A DNA stretch of 64,000 bases from Setoptus koraiensis. Lineage: Eukaryota; Animalia; Arthropoda. The stretch's first letter is position 1. Each line of letters opens with the position of its first letter. Where the stretch lies: assembly GCA_048013815.1 (NCBI GenBank), contig CM106585.1, forward strand, positions 620,001-684,000, in the 5' to 3' direction. A program made the position numbers and the translations under genes. A model generated the notes under the pieces. It did not search any database. It saw only the letters and a program-made list of their open reading frames with translations, and had not been told where the DNA came from. This document shows positions 33,707 through 45,589 of the stretch, piece after piece.

Positions 33707-35302
33707 ATGCCACCCCTGGCGAGATCGTCCACAAGCTCCAAATCGTTTAAGGGTCCCCCATTGAACAGGGGTCGAAATCCTAGACTGGATGATCTGGCCA
33801 TGAAGCGCATCAAGGCGCTTCTGTTCGATGAACCGGATTTTTCAATGCGCCTCGAAGCCATTGAACAGCATGCTCGAATGTCCGTCTTGCAACATATAGG
33901 TCAGTCATCTATGTCATCATCATCGAGTAAACCAAACCAGCAGCAACACCAAGAGAATAAATCTCCGGATTTGAAAGCAAACATTACACCAGATCATACG
34001 TTTATTCCGGTCAGTGGCAATCAAACAACAAATAATACTAATAATGATACCTCAACGCAACATGACAACAAACATAAGCTATCCTCAATGAACGTTACAC
34101 ACCATGAACAATTGATTTCATTTGATCCTCATCCTGTTACGAACCAGCCAGCGTCCAAACAAGCAACTACTGTTGCGTCGCCAGCTCTGTCAACAACGTC
34201 GCCAAATTCATCGTCGTCGTCGTCGTCGTCGTTAAAATCATCTTCACTGTCCTCAAACAGTAGATCACCATCGCCTGTCAACAATAAAAACGTTGGACAA
34301 GCTACTGATCAGTCTCTGCAGCAGCAACCACCAGACAAAACTAACAAAATCAGTGACACCAGTCTGATAGTTACTTCAACTAACGACAGCAAACAACTAC
34401 AACCAAGCATCAAGAATGGCGCTGGGCCATCGCCTGTGGCCCAACAGCAATCACGATCACAACAACAACAACAATCAAAGGCCAATCTTGTGGGATTGAT
34501 GGCTTCCAGTCAGAGTGGAATGTCGGCCATGGATCATTCATTGGACGCAATGATCAAATCACTCACTGATAAGCCGTTATTAGCCAATTCGGGCCGATTA
34601 AAGAATGAGCACCAATCTATGAAAGACAACTTTGAGCTTATTTCCAGCTCCAATTTCATTAGGTATCATGGCTACAGAATGCACAGATTTATGAACAATA
34701 TTTTGAATGCGAATTACGATTTACGGCGTGCATCGTCTAACACTTTCGATTTAAAAATTGAGGTTGAAAATGAGGTGTACTTCGTTCACAAGTTTGTCAT
34801 TGAAATGCAAGTGCCGCACATCATAGATAAAATGATTGATATATCCGACAATAGCGTCAAAAAAGCCAGCTTGATTACACGAATAGAGCTGAGAAATGTC
34901 GTCAACGAGGGCTTCAAGTCTATCTATCATTTTATTTATGGTGGTCATGTAGAGCCAACAAAAGATAATTTTTTGCCAACATTGGACGCGGCCGTTAGAT
35001 TGTTTATGATTGATTTTGCGCGCATTTGGATCTGTGAGCTAGCGCTGCAATACAGAAAAAAATCCAAATGGATCACAGCACTGATTGACATTAGCAAAAA
35101 GTACGGCTGGAAAGAAGAAAAGCTTAAGATGCGCGAATTACGATTCAAATTGATTCAAGAGGAAAAGGATAGCAAGTCAGAGGAAACATCGAAAAATCGC
35201 AGATCAAAATCTATATCGGTGGACAGTGAACAAAAACAGGACACCAATCAAAAAACAAATTTGTCCCCTGGTGGTAAACATTCGAAGTCAAATATCTTGT
35301 AA
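33707..35302 (+). CDS. BTB/POZ domain protein with long S/Q/N-rich N-terminus (531 aa)
   Basis: FDLKIEVENEVYFVHKFVI...FKSIYHFIYGGHV...LDAAVRLF. Confidence 0.8.
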   Translation: MPPLARSSTSSKSFKGPPLNRGRNPRLDDLAMKRIKALLFDEPDFSMRLEAIEQHARMSVLQHIGQSSMSSSSSKPNQQQHQENKSPDLKANITPDHTFIPVSGNQTTNNTNNDTSTQHDNKHKLSSMNVTHHEQLISFDPHPVTNQPASKQATTVASPALSTTSPNSSSSSSSSLKSSSLSSNSRSPSPVNNKNVGQATDQSLQQQPPDKTNKISDTSLIVTSTNDSKQLQPSIKNGAGPSPVAQQQSRSQQQQQSKANLVGLMASSQSGMSAMDHSLDAMIKSLTDKPLLANSGRLKNEHQSMKDNFELISSSNFIRYHGYRMHRFMNNILNANYDLRRASSNTFDLKIEVENEVYFVHKFVIEMQVPHIIDKMIDISDNSVKKASLITRIELRNVVNEGFKSIYHFIYGGHVEPTKDNFLPTLDAAVRLFMIDFARIWICELALQYRKKSKWITALIDISKKYGWKEEKLKMRELRFKLIQEEKDSKSEETSKNRRSKSISVDSEQKQDTNQKTNLSPGGKHSKSNIL

Positions 35303-35620
35303 ACTCTATAAATCTTGATCCCCGCCCCCCCCCTCCCAAAAAAAAAATAGACAGAGAAAACGAGAAAAAAAAACGAATTTGTTGCTGGAAACCGAATCTA
35401 AACTTTAGTCAGCAAAAATTTTCGCTTGCAAGTTGCTGGTGTGTTTTTTCTTTTTACTTATTTACATATTTACATTGTCATGCAATATACATGAATGCTC
35501 ATAGATGAGCATTTATTTATGGAGGTTTTAAAGATAGGAAAAGATGTAAACAAAATTAGTGTCAGAAATGTCATCATTACCAGATTGTTCTCGAAAGTAC
35601 CAGTACGACAATGGTACCAC

Positions 35621-36430
35621 TTATTGGGGTACTGGCCCTTCGAACTCTATTGATAACAAACTGCTAACAATGGTAAATTCGCGGCTAGCATTTGGGGGCA
35701 ATTGTTTGTTTTCCGGTCTCTGAATTAGTACTACTTGAAGGCCAGCCTCACGGGCCGCTTTTCCTTCATCGTAGGTATCTGTTACAAACAATAGATCTTT
35801 TGGTTGGGCCATCAAGAATTGGGTGCATAATTTCTTGAAAGTTAATGAGTTAGTCTTTGGCCCAATCAATAAATCGAAATAATTCTCGATAAAATTCAAT
35901 AGATTGCCGTGTGTAGAATTGGCAAATAACAATTGTTGTGCAACTGCCATGCCTGTCGAATAGGCAAACAAGCGCATACCATAGCCTTTCCATTTTCTAA
36001 ATGCCGGCGCAACGTCATCGTAAACGTGACCCTTCAAATCGCCAACCTCATAACCATATATCCAAACTAATATTTGCAGCTGTTTCAATGCAGTATTATG
36101 TCTTTTCGATTCCATTTGCCACAAAACATTGGTCACAACTGAGGTTATAGCCGCTTCAAGATTGTCGGTTTCGTGGGGCTTTATCATTCTTGGTGGCTGT
36201 AGTCCCTCGGCTCTATCTCTGTTCTCTTGTCTGTATAAACGGGCCATTGTTGCAGTGACATCGTCTGAGTTCCAGCGTTCTTTTAGAAATCTGTATAAGC
36301 TCCGCCTGATATAGGGAAACAGTGTGTCTTTAATAAAACGAAGCGATGTAGTTGTACCCTCTATATCGAGCACAATACAGCTGGGCGAACGAAATTTAGC
36401 CGTATTGGCCAGGATTGTCGATGTTTGCAC
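35621..36430 (-). CDS. ENOPH1: Enolase-phosphatase E1 (HAD superfamily, methionine salvage); true start unresolved
   Basis: IVLDIEGTTTS..FIKDTLFPY, TALKQLQ..W..GY, YSTG...AQQLLF, FVTD...E..AA. Likely acceptor at 36381 rather than the GTG start. Confidence 0.9.
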   Translation of the reverse strand: MQTSTILANTAKFRSPSCIVLDIEGTTTSLRFIKDTLFPYIRRSLYRFLKERWNSDDVTATMARLYRQENRDRAEGLQPPRMIKPHETDNLEAAITSVVTNVLWQMESKRHNTALKQLQILVWIYGYEVGDLKGHVYDDVAPAFRKWKGYGMRLFAYSTGMAVAQQLLFANSTHGNLLNFIENYFDLLIGPKTNSLTFKKLCTQFLMAQPKDLLFVTDTYDEGKAAREAGLQVVLIQRPENKQLPPNASREFTIVSSLLSIEFEGPVPQ

Positions 36431-36947
36431 GAAGTTTCAGCTAGAAAAATTATACCCGTTTAACCAGTATATGAATAGTAATTTGTTATATGCTTTATTT
36501 TTGTCTGCCAAATGAACTTCCCAACCGATCTAATTCCTATGGTAATACAGTCATCACATGACATATGGTCATACTAAACATGGAAGCCAGAATGTTGCCG
36601 GAGTTCTCCTGTGAGTGAGAGATCCAAAGATGAAAAGAACTGCGCGCATAATATACCAAATGACTCTGTCTCGTGAAATAAACTTTGAAAGACTCAGTGT
36701 GCAAAACGATAAATAATTTATTGTGAAAATCAACATTCAAGCAAACGGTCGTTTGGAATTTTTCTAACTATTTTGACTAGCTTAGAGTCATATTTGTGGT
36801 ATGCCCTTTAACAGCTAGCTGAACTGCATTAACAAGACACTTTGCCCTATCTGAAATTTCCATTGTGAACCAGCTTGAACGGTTTGGAGCAGATTCTTCT
36901 TCTCAAATGATGTCCATCCTCAAGTAACTTACGTGATTCAAATACAA

Positions 36948-37403
36948 ATGAACTCATCATTCAGCAACCTTGATGGTCTTCTCGACGATTATGATGACAA
37001 CTACTACAGTCAATCTAAAGATGAGAACTTTCGCGCCAATCAAGTAAGTTCTTTTTTCTTCATTCGTGGTCTTCATGATACACATAATTCATGTGACACA
37101 CCGTTCTATTTGTTTTGATTTATTCAACAATAATTTTTTCAGTTTGAAAAGCCAATCCAGAGGGTGCCAGTTAAAGAAATATTGTTAGCTCTATTGTTAT
37201 TACTTGTTGGACTTCTTTGTCTCACTCTTCTAGTGGTCGACTTCTTCAAGATGAATAACATGCACGAAAAGCGACGCAATGGAACCGTTTTTCTTAGTTT
37301 GACTCTACTAACTCTGGTACCTGGAATCTATCACGTACGATTGGCCTGGTTAGCCTACCTTGAAGTTCCCGGTTACACTTACGACCTCATTGCTGCCAAT
37401 TGA
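36948..37403 (+). CDS. TMEM230: Transmembrane protein 230 (2 exons, 118 aa)
   Basis: join(36948..37043,37143..37403). [24 protein letters not shown]...LVPGIYHVRLAWLAY...GYTYD matches the TMEM230 pattern. Confidence 0.85.
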
Positions 37404-37501
37404 TTGATGATGACTCACCATCGATGATTGATAGTTATATTAAGTCGAATGACCTAATCTAGCCCGAATACCTATCACATTGCTTGAAAATAAATGATCT
37501 T

Positions 37502-38437
37502 CTAATTTTGTTTTTCAGTGCTGGTCGCTACAAGCCTTGGCTCTGGTTCTGTTTCAGATCCGGTAGATCCCACTGGTGCCGATTGGGTTGATCCTAGGTT
37601 GATCACAGGTATTATTTTAACTGAATAATTGGTTTGGCGCCAATATTTATATTTTATGCATTGTGTAAATACAAAATCGATACTTGTTGATAGTATAGCC
37701 AAAGCAAATAGAAATGTCGTTAGCCAAAATAAGACAGTTATGTACAATGATAAATGGTGCTGTTGAAATGGCATGTCACGATACGAATAAATTGAGTAGC
37801 TCAATAATGAGCCGATTGAAAGAATATATAGTGAAAATAAGAAAGCACTTAAGTAGAAAGCCCAGTCGTGATATAGATCTAATTCTCTTATGAAATCTAA
37901 AAACGACTTTTGCCTTTGTTCATAGTTATAGTAAAAGTTACAGTAAGGACACTTTTGTAAGCCTGTCTCTTCCAACCATTGATTAATGCAAGTTTCATGT
38001 TGATACGACCTAAAACCTGAGCAGGAGCAACATCTCACCAATGGGCCGCTCATGCGGCCATCGTTCAATTTGGAGAATGCTTTTCTCAAACAAATGGAAC
38101 AAATTAGATCATCTTTCAATCTTCGCCTAGGTATCCTCTTGATTCTCCATTTGCTTCGTATCATTAACGAATCCACATTGTTTTGAAGATTTGTTGCCAC
38201 TTTTTGATCGCTATTCTCTAATAGTTTTGAAACGTCCAAACCAGTAGAGGTATCTTTGAGTTCTGTATTGGTCGCAACATCACTTGAGGCTTTATTACTT
38301 GCGACATTCTGGTCTGAAATCTTTCCATTCGGTGTGTCATTCCCGGGTATTTTATTTGGGTCAATGCCATGACTATTGATCCAAGTGTTCGATTTTTCAA
38401 CTGTAGATTTTTTCTTTGGTCTTTGATGATCCTCCAT
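37502..38437 (-). CDS. MARCH-family RING-CH E3 ubiquitin ligase (311 aa)
   Basis: CSICL...CCSCSG..SYQHETCINQWL.....KCPYC followed by two TM helices. Confidence 0.88.
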   Translation of the reverse strand: MEDHQRPKKKSTVEKSNTWINSHGIDPNKIPGNDTPNGKISDQNVASNKASSDVATNTELKDTSTGLDVSKLLENSDQKVATNLQNNVDSLMIRSKWRIKRIPRRRLKDDLICSICLRKAFSKLNDGRMSGPLVRCCSCSGFRSYQHETCINQWLEETGLQKCPYCNFYYNYEQRQKSFLDFIRELDLYHDWAFYLSAFLFSLYILSIGSLLSYSIYSYRDMPFQQHHLSLYITVLFWLTTFLFALAILSTSIDFVFTQCIKYKYWRQTNYSVKIIPVINLGSTQSAPVGSTGSETEPEPRLVATSTEKQN

Positions 38438-39171
38438 GGAACTTATCGAATTTGAGTTGGATGATAAATACTTCGATCAAAATCGATCTATCAAAGAAAA
38501 AATAGCAAATATAACCGTAATCAGCTCGTTAAAAAGAAACGCTCACGAGGGACACAAATCAGTAGTTGAGCGACTGTCGATTGGTCTGGATAAGAAAAAA
38601 CACGACATCATGTCGACGAAAAATGGACGCCATATCTCTTCTTCGGCATCAAATAGGTTCCCTTATATCTGGGTGTTTGTCTTTCGGGTCTTGGATTCTC
38701 CTATGAACAGTCACCTCATAACCAACACATAATCAATATGCAAGTGAGAGAAGTAATGAATGATTGCCTATCATCTTGTTCGATATGGATTATTGTGTGA
38801 AAAGTCTCGAGAAATACACTCGATTTCCACAAAATCGTTCGCTCATAGTTCAGTAGAGAAGGTTGAAAAAAGTTCAACTTGTATCGGCACTCCTTCGTAG
38901 TAAGACGGTGCCCCAAAGTCAAAATTCCGCGAATGAAAAGTGTGGCTCGTGAGCGACAGGAACGGATATCAACCAGATTCTTGCGTTCACCCTTAGGTAG
39001 ATCGACTTAAAAGAAAATACCCAGAAGTGGGAGAACCCGGTAGATAGTGCGTCTATTTTCCGTCTACATAAAATCGAGTTTTTTATTATGGCCATATAGG
39101 GGCAGCATGATTCTTTTCTTTGTTATTTTCTGTTTTCTATTTTCATAATGACAGTTCGAGGAAAGAGACTC

Positions 39172-41217
39172 TCATTTTGTAGCCTTTTTAATGCTATTCG
39201 ATTGTGACATGTTCGAAATAGCTGACATTTTCGATGCTGGTGATGATTTGCTAGCTAGCTTTGCATCACCGGATTTCGTTGATGTTAATGGTGTTTCCAC
39301 AGTGCCCGATGATTTCCTGGCTCCGGGACTTAGAACACTTCTTGTAGTGGCAACGTCAACAAGATCTGTTGACCTAGTAGGTTCAATCTTAGCTGTTTTG
39401 TTATCAATTACCACTGTCTGTGGCGCAATTGGCTTTTTGTCATCTTGATCTCTATCATTCGCTTTTTCGTTTTTGGCTGCCTCATTCTCGTCTGATATCC
39501 CGCCGGCACGAAAAAATAGTAAACAACTGAGAAATATTATGGCCATCAAAATAATGATGCCCACCATATAAAGGATGACACTCTGCCAAGTACTTGTGGC
39601 GCCCTTGCGTGGTAGGCTTGAGCATTTTTCCTGCAACGCGCAATCGATTGGTTTTCTACTGCCCTGTGATAGTAGGAAATGATAAGACTCAGGCTTGCAG
39701 CTGTCATTAGCATAGATTTTATAGCTACAAGAGCCGAATAACATTTTCCCTATTTTCGGGTCTTGGATCATGCGACAGAATTCTATTGAATTGCATTCGA
39801 TATTGCTATCATATTCATCAGTCAAATATCTGTACTTTTCGTCATCGTTGAAGAACGGCATATCAACCTGCATCTGTACTGACTTATCATCCGGATTATG
39901 AAGAAGTTTAAACTCGCTTGGCGATAAATAGCCAAAATCTTCCCTGAATTTATATTTGATTAGATCTAACGCAATTAACACACAATGTGTCTTGTTCGCT
40001 ATTGGTGGTGAAGAGGTGCTGACAGTGGTTTCGGGCGGCTCCGTGTCGTTGTATCTTGTTGGCTTGCCATGTATTAACTTGCTAATACGCTCTATATATT
40101 GATACCCAGCCCTTTTTTCTATAGTTTTTCTATAGTTTTCTATAGGACCTATCTTAAACATTCTGGATAGTTTCGACTCGAGCTTCACATTCTCAAATCT
40201 AACAATCACTGGACTGTCTGGGCATTCCACACGAATAACGCCGTCGCCTATGATAAGCTCACCATTACCTTTACCAGTATCCTTACCATAACGAAAAACC
40301 AAATTCTCCACAGATTTAGGTATATGCAACTTGTGCGACTCAGGTATTGTCAACGATTCAAATGTCAATATCCAGACGGTGGATCTCTCCCACATGCCAG
40401 GCGATATCATCGATCCATACTCTGGGGACGAGCTGATAGGTAATACTGAACCCAAGTCCACCTGACCTCCCCACCTATATTCGAAATTTTCCAACCACCA
40501 ATAATCATGGAAAACTATCCAAGTCTGAGCGGTCACATTCTGGTTGACCAAACACAAATGGGTTATTTGTTTATTGGAAAAAGGTGTGTGTCGATAAGAT
40601 TCGAAAATATTCTCTATTTCATGACCCTTGCTAATCGATTCGCTTTTGTAGTCCTCGAAAACCAATATAATGTCTTTATACAAAAGGATATCTCGAATTT
40701 CATTCTTACCAAATATGCTAAATTCTTCGGCCGTCATCACTTCATCGTCTGTATTCAAAAAACGAAATTCAAGCGGAGCCGAAAGGTTCTTTGGAGGCTC
40801 TTGCTTTTCCACAAACGATCGACAACTCTCAGTTTCAATCCTGTCAGAAAGTTCACATCTTAAATAGTAATATCTATCATCTCTCTCATTGTACTCGCAT
40901 AGATATGATGAGCCCGCCATACAAACTCTATCCGTAATGTTTCTTGATGATTGATCTTTCGCGTATGCTTGTCTTTTTCCAATCGGTGCTGCCTCATATG
41001 TAGCCCCACTAGCTGAGGCTACCTCATTCAAGTTCGTAATTGGACCGGGGTTTGCATCTGTTACTATTATAAAGTTAGTCTGCATGAATAGTAGGCTGGC
41101 TACGATACATGCAGCAGGTGATATATCCTTCAACTTGTTGGCTGTCATTCTTTCAAAGCACTTTTTGAAGATCTGAGGTTTCAGCTGAGGTCCCAAATCA
41201 GATGCTGGCATTTTCAT
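39172..41217 (-). CDS. Orphan type I membrane protein (681 aa), paralog of 43565-45589
   Basis: Signal segment, Cys clusters flanking the ectodomain, TM (WQSVILYMVGIIILMAIIFLSCLLFF) and an S/K/T-rich tail. Shares motifs with the 43565 gene. Confidence 0.85.
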   Translation of the reverse strand: MKMPASDLGPQLKPQIFKKCFERMTANKLKDISPAACIVASLLFMQTNFIIVTDANPGPITNLNEVASASGATYEAAPIGKRQAYAKDQSSRNITDRVCMAGSSYLCEYNERDDRYYYLRCELSDRIETESCRSFVEKQEPPKNLSAPLEFRFLNTDDEVMTAEEFSIFGKNEIRDILLYKDIILVFEDYKSESISKGHEIENIFESYRHTPFSNKQITHLCLVNQNVTAQTWIVFHDYWWLENFEYRWGGQVDLGSVLPISSSPEYGSMISPGMWERSTVWILTFESLTIPESHKLHIPKSVENLVFRYGKDTGKGNGELIIGDGVIRVECPDSPVIVRFENVKLESKLSRMFKIGPIENYRKTIEKRAGYQYIERISKLIHGKPTRYNDTEPPETTVSTSSPPIANKTHCVLIALDLIKYKFREDFGYLSPSEFKLLHNPDDKSVQMQVDMPFFNDDEKYRYLTDEYDSNIECNSIEFCRMIQDPKIGKMLFGSCSYKIYANDSCKPESYHFLLSQGSRKPIDCALQEKCSSLPRKGATSTWQSVILYMVGIIILMAIIFLSCLLFFRAGGISDENEAAKNEKANDRDQDDKKPIAPQTVVIDNKTAKIEPTRSTDLVDVATTRSVLSPGARKSSGTVETPLTSTKSGDAKLASKSSPASKMSAISNMSQSNSIKKATK

Positions 41218-41761
41218 CGAATGTCAAATCGACAAATTTTTCGTTGTGCATTGCAAACTGTTGTCGAATATAGGGTCTTGGATGTTTTGGAGGTGCAATA
41301 GAGTTACTCAATTCTCTGCAGAGGCAGCCAAGCAAAATCCGTTTTGTTTTGTCAGAGGCAAAAGATAAGCCGTATTTGTCGTTTCTCGCTGTCGAGCGCG
41401 TGAGACATTCATTCATTTGGGATACTCACAGATCTGTGATCTTTTTTTTCAAATCGAAATCTTGCAGAAGATATTACACAAATGCATTAGTAAACTTTTA
41501 TTGTACTTTTATTGTACAGTGAGATGAGAGTTTGTTAAGTATCGGTTTGTTCACATTGCACTGTACTGACTGACCGGAAGCATGCGTGTGTGCGCCTGCA
41601 AAAAAAAACGTAACACTACTGAAATATAGCTATCGGATCAATAAATTAACAACAGCAACAACTGCAACAGTGGGCCGTGGTAGTGACTTAGAGTCAATCA
41701 TTGACTTTATTCCATCGTCGGTCCCATGTGTCGTCTGTAGTACCCCTTTGAGAATTCAGCC

Positions 41762-43128
41762 ATGACGGAAAATGCAGGGCCAGCGGCGAAATCAGTAACT
41801 TTATTTTCCATGTCAAAGTTTGATGAAACAAAAGATTTACCAATCATTTACAATGACAACTACAATGTATCCATATTAGGCATGAGCTGTTTATTTCCGG
41901 GGGACAGTGCAAAATGGCGCAAAACGTCAGAATTGCTGAACGGTTACTTTGCGGTACAGTGTCACCACTCAATTCCAACTACTATTACTACAAATAAAAA
42001 TTATGGCGCCTCTGAAAGCGCCTTTGGAACTCTTATACTAATCATTAATCAATTGTCAATCAATCATTTCGTTCGTTCACGTAGGTCACGCCGTACGCTT
42101 GCAAAGATGGCGAAGAATTAAAAATCAAGTACGCCTCCCCAAATAGACCTGTATCTTTTGAAGAATTAAGAATCGCACATTCCGGAAGTTATCTAGACGA
42201 TGTGCATAGTTCACGGTCCACCCTGGCTAGTATCACAGAATCGTGGATTATTATGATGTTACCAATGTGCTATCTCAATTCGCACCTCTTAGATCCTGTT
42301 AAATGGCAAGTGGCAGGTTCACTTATGGCCGCCTATATTGCTCTGAAGGCAGGCTGGTCGATTAATTTGGGCGGTGGCTTTCATCAAGCCTCGTCGAAGC
42401 AGGGCGAAACGTTTTGTATATTTGCTGATATAACCTTCATTATAATGCATTTGTGGCGCAATAATGACCAAAAACACAAATTTCTTATTATTGATTTAGA
42501 TGCGCACCAAGGCACTGGTATTGAACGTGACATAGCCAAATTACCTGCCAGTAGAAGATCAAATGTTTTTGTATTTGATGTCTGTAACAGCACGGCACAT
42601 CCCGATGATCCCGTTGCAGATAGTGGCTGCGATTGTAAAGTTCCCCTGGCCAGATTCACAGCGGATTCAACTTATTTGAAACAATTAAAACGAAATCTCA
42701 GAAAAGTTGTCAAAAAATTTCAACCCACATTGATTATCTACAATGCCGGTAGTGATTGCCTGAAAAATGATCCACTGGGACTGATGAATCTCAGCGATGA
42801 TGCATTGATGATAAGAGACGAGCTTGTATTTAAGGCAGCGAAAAAAATCAAATCGCCTATAGTGATGCTACTCAGTGGCGGTTATCTAATGCGATCCTCA
42901 ACTGTTGTTGCAAAATCAATCAGAAATCTATATATCAAAGGAATAATACAAGGACCTCGCGATGGAAGTGGTGAGGAGAGAAAGAAACTATTGCTGAGGT
43001 GCAACATTAAATATGGACAATCTGAAAAAGAACCACCTTCCTCATCTATTGATTTCAGTTTAGAATCGTCGAAAACGCTCGCTTCGACGTTGCCAAGCTC
43101 TAGCAAAAGACTCCCAACAAACAAGTAA
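41762..43128 (+). CDS. HDAC11: Class IV histone deacetylase HDAC11-like (2 exons, 411 aa) with His143->Gln
   Basis: join(41762..41953,42085..43128). Motifs LPIIYNDNYNV, AHSGSYL, WSINLGGGFHQAS, DLDAHQG, YNAGSD..KNDPLG and LLSGGY. Confidence 0.9.
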
Positions 43129-43564
43129 AGTTTTTTCTCGACTTCATCAAACTTTTGCTGTCTGAGTTGATGTGATATCTTGTATATCTTTCTTGTTTTG
43201 TCACAAACGCCTGACTTGGTCTGTTTTGGGTTTATTTCTCTCATCTCGTGCACCAAAAGGGTGCGATAATGATACTTACAGTAGTGTACTGTATTATAGT
43301 GTGTCTTCTGCTGGATTCAACGAAAAAAAAACAACTCATTCTACTCAGCCTTTTTCAGGTGAATCTATTGTCTCACGCGCTAGATACATGTAGTTGAGAA
43401 GCGGATCAAAAACATAAATTGACAAGGGCAATTCATCTTTGCGCGTTGACAAATCCACTACAGATTGGAGATTTATTGCTTAGCGGATTAAGAAAAAAAT
43501 AAGTTCTAGTAACTCAAATCTTAGATCAGATCAGTTTTCGTAGCAATGCACAATTGAGAATTCA

Positions 43565-45589
43565 ATGATTAATAAATCAAAGAAAATGTCGGCAGCCAAA
43601 TCGAGGCCGCAGGTAAAAAGCCAAATTTTAATGGGATGCTCCGAGACAAAAATGTTGAGAAACATTCTTGTTTTTGGGTTCATTGCAGTTTATCTGCTAT
43701 TGATGCAGGCTACTTTTACCACGGTAGCAAATGCGAAGCCGGATCCGAAGAAATCATACAGGGAAACCAGGCCTACATTCGGCAAAAAAAATGGCACCAT
43801 GGAAAATAGCACCATGGCAGAGGAGTGTGTGTTACCCGGCCCGTTTCATTGCAAGGTGGACCAATCACCAGTTAGATTATTTTGTGAATATAACGAAAAA
43901 CCCAAGGCCACTGATTTAGATTGCTCTTCACTCGACTGGAAAGAGGATAAGATTCTTATCATATTGATAAATTCCTTCATGAATCAAGAGTTTAAGCTGA
44001 CTCCATTCAACGCAGCTATTAAAAAATGGTCGAATAAGGAAATTCGATTGGTTTTCGACGGCTCTACCAACGGGAAACTTACAGGCCTATTATTAGAGGG
44101 CGATAAAACGGACACAGATAATGTGCACCGTTTAGCTTTGATAGACCAAAATACCTCTGTCCCTTCTTGGGATGCTTTTCATAATTATAGAAAATTGAGC
44201 CACTTGGAGTATCATTTGTCAGGCGCAATGGACTTTGGGGCTCTAGGGTTCTCCGACGATCCTAGAGTAGTAATTGGAATCTCGCCTAATCATTGGGACC
44301 AAGCTAGGATCTGGATACTTCGATTTGGTAGTTCGCTGAAGATACCTCAGCCTTATCAGCTGGCGATACCAGCAAGTGTGGAAACTTTAGTATTTAATGG
44401 TTTAAAGGATGACACTCCAATCGATATCGCCGATAACGCTATTAACGTAGTGTTATCTGGTCGCAAGACACCACTGTTTGTTCGATTCCTGAATGTACAT
44501 CTCAAGTCAAAAGTATCTAAAATGTTCCGGGTTGTGCCGGCATTGGAAATTTTCAATTTACAGCAAAACGGTACTACGGCTACAACACTCACTACGCAGC
44601 CGCCGATTAATGAAAATGGTGTGCTACTTGAATTAGGTGATAAGTATAGTTTCGATGATATCGAATCTCTATCGCCAGATTTTAAAATTTATTTAAATGG
44701 CAAACTAAGTGAGGAAATATCAGGGTTTGGTCGGCCTCTTATAGATTCAGATTATTTTAAACCGGCCATTTCAAAAGAATTTGAAATTCCCGGTTGCATG
44801 GAAAAAAACTTCTGTGAAAAGGTCATGAATGATCATGCAGTAAAAATAAGAATGTTCGGTGTTTGTTATATGAACCCACCAGCCAAAGATTGCGGCAAGC
44901 GTGAAGTGTTTGAAATATCTAAGCATTTGGATATATATAGGAACAGTGAAGGAATCTTTGACTGTGATGCATGGGAGCGCTGCAACAAAAACAATAGGCC
45001 CATAACTCCCAAACCTCCCCCTCCAAGTGACAGTAAACCAGTGCCGAAAAGCCCTAATTGGCTGAGTATTCTCATTTATGTAATTGGAGGTATTGTTTTG
45101 ATGGCTATAGTATTTCTTACTTGTGCCTTGATTTTCTGCTCACCAATAGATGCACCAAAAGTCAACGACAGGGCAGTCAATGAAGAGACCCCTACGGTTA
45201 CCGTGGTCGAGACTGCAACCGGATCTACGTCTACTCCGACAGTAAAATCACAGCTTGACGGACGAAAATCTGTCCAACTTGACGGGCGAAAATCTGTCCA
45301 GCTTGACGGGCGAAAATCTGTCCAGCTTGACGGGCGAAAATCTGTGCAATTGGACACAGTTAAATCAGTAACAAAATCTGCCAGAAGTCGCCCCAAAAAA
45401 GGAGTCTCGATTGAGAAACTTGGCGCCAGCTCTAAAGGTGGTTTGATCAAAAAAACTGTGGATCACGAAGGAACGCCAGTAAGATCGGCGATGAAATCCG
45501 AAGGCATCAGGAAGAAGAACGCTAAAAAATCTTCGTCAGCTTCAAGACAGTCACCGAAATCGCCCGGAAAGAAGAGCACTGCAAAATAG
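43565..45589 (+). CDS. Orphan type I membrane protein (674 aa), paralog of 39172-41217
   Basis: Shared motifs W..FH.Y..L...EY, ISP..W....WIL.F, IP.SVE.LVF and P..VRF.NV.L.SK.S.MF. TM; tail with QLDGRKSV x4 (24-bp repeat at ~45250-45350). Confidence 0.85.
   Translation: MINKSKKMSAAKSRPQVKSQILMGCSETKMLRNILVFGFIAVYLLLMQATFTTVANAKPDPKKSYRETRPTFGKKNGTMENSTMAEECVLPGPFHCKVDQSPVRLFCEYNEKPKATDLDCSSLDWKEDKILIILINSFMNQEFKLTPFNAAIKKWSNKEIRLVFDGSTNGKLTGLLLEGDKTDTDNVHRLALIDQNTSVPSWDAFHNYRKLSHLEYHLSGAMDFGALGFSDDPRVVIGISPNHWDQARIWILRFGSSLKIPQPYQLAIPASVETLVFNGLKDDTPIDIADNAINVVLSGRKTPLFVRFLNVHLKSKVSKMFRVVPALEIFNLQQNGTTATTLTTQPPINENGVLLELGDKYSFDDIESLSPDFKIYLNGKLSEEISGFGRPLIDSDYFKPAISKEFEIPGCMEKNFCEKVMNDHAVKIRMFGVCYMNPPAKDCGKREVFEISKHLDIYRNSEGIFDCDAWERCNKNNRPITPKPPPPSDSKPVPKSPNWLSILIYVIGGIVLMAIVFLTCALIFCSPIDAPKVNDRAVNEETPTVTVVETATGSTSTPTVKSQLDGRKSVQLDGRKSVQLDGRKSVQLDGRKSVQLDTVKSVTKSARSRPKKGVSIEKLGASSKGGLIKKTVDHEGTPVRSAMKSEGIRKKNAKKSSSASRQSPKSPGKKSTAK

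Noticed and set aside
38436-38732. 98-aa plus ORF sharing a CCATGG with the MARCH start
   Set aside because: Sits in the MARCH promoter/5' UTR with no motif; the palindromic ATG overlap is likely chance
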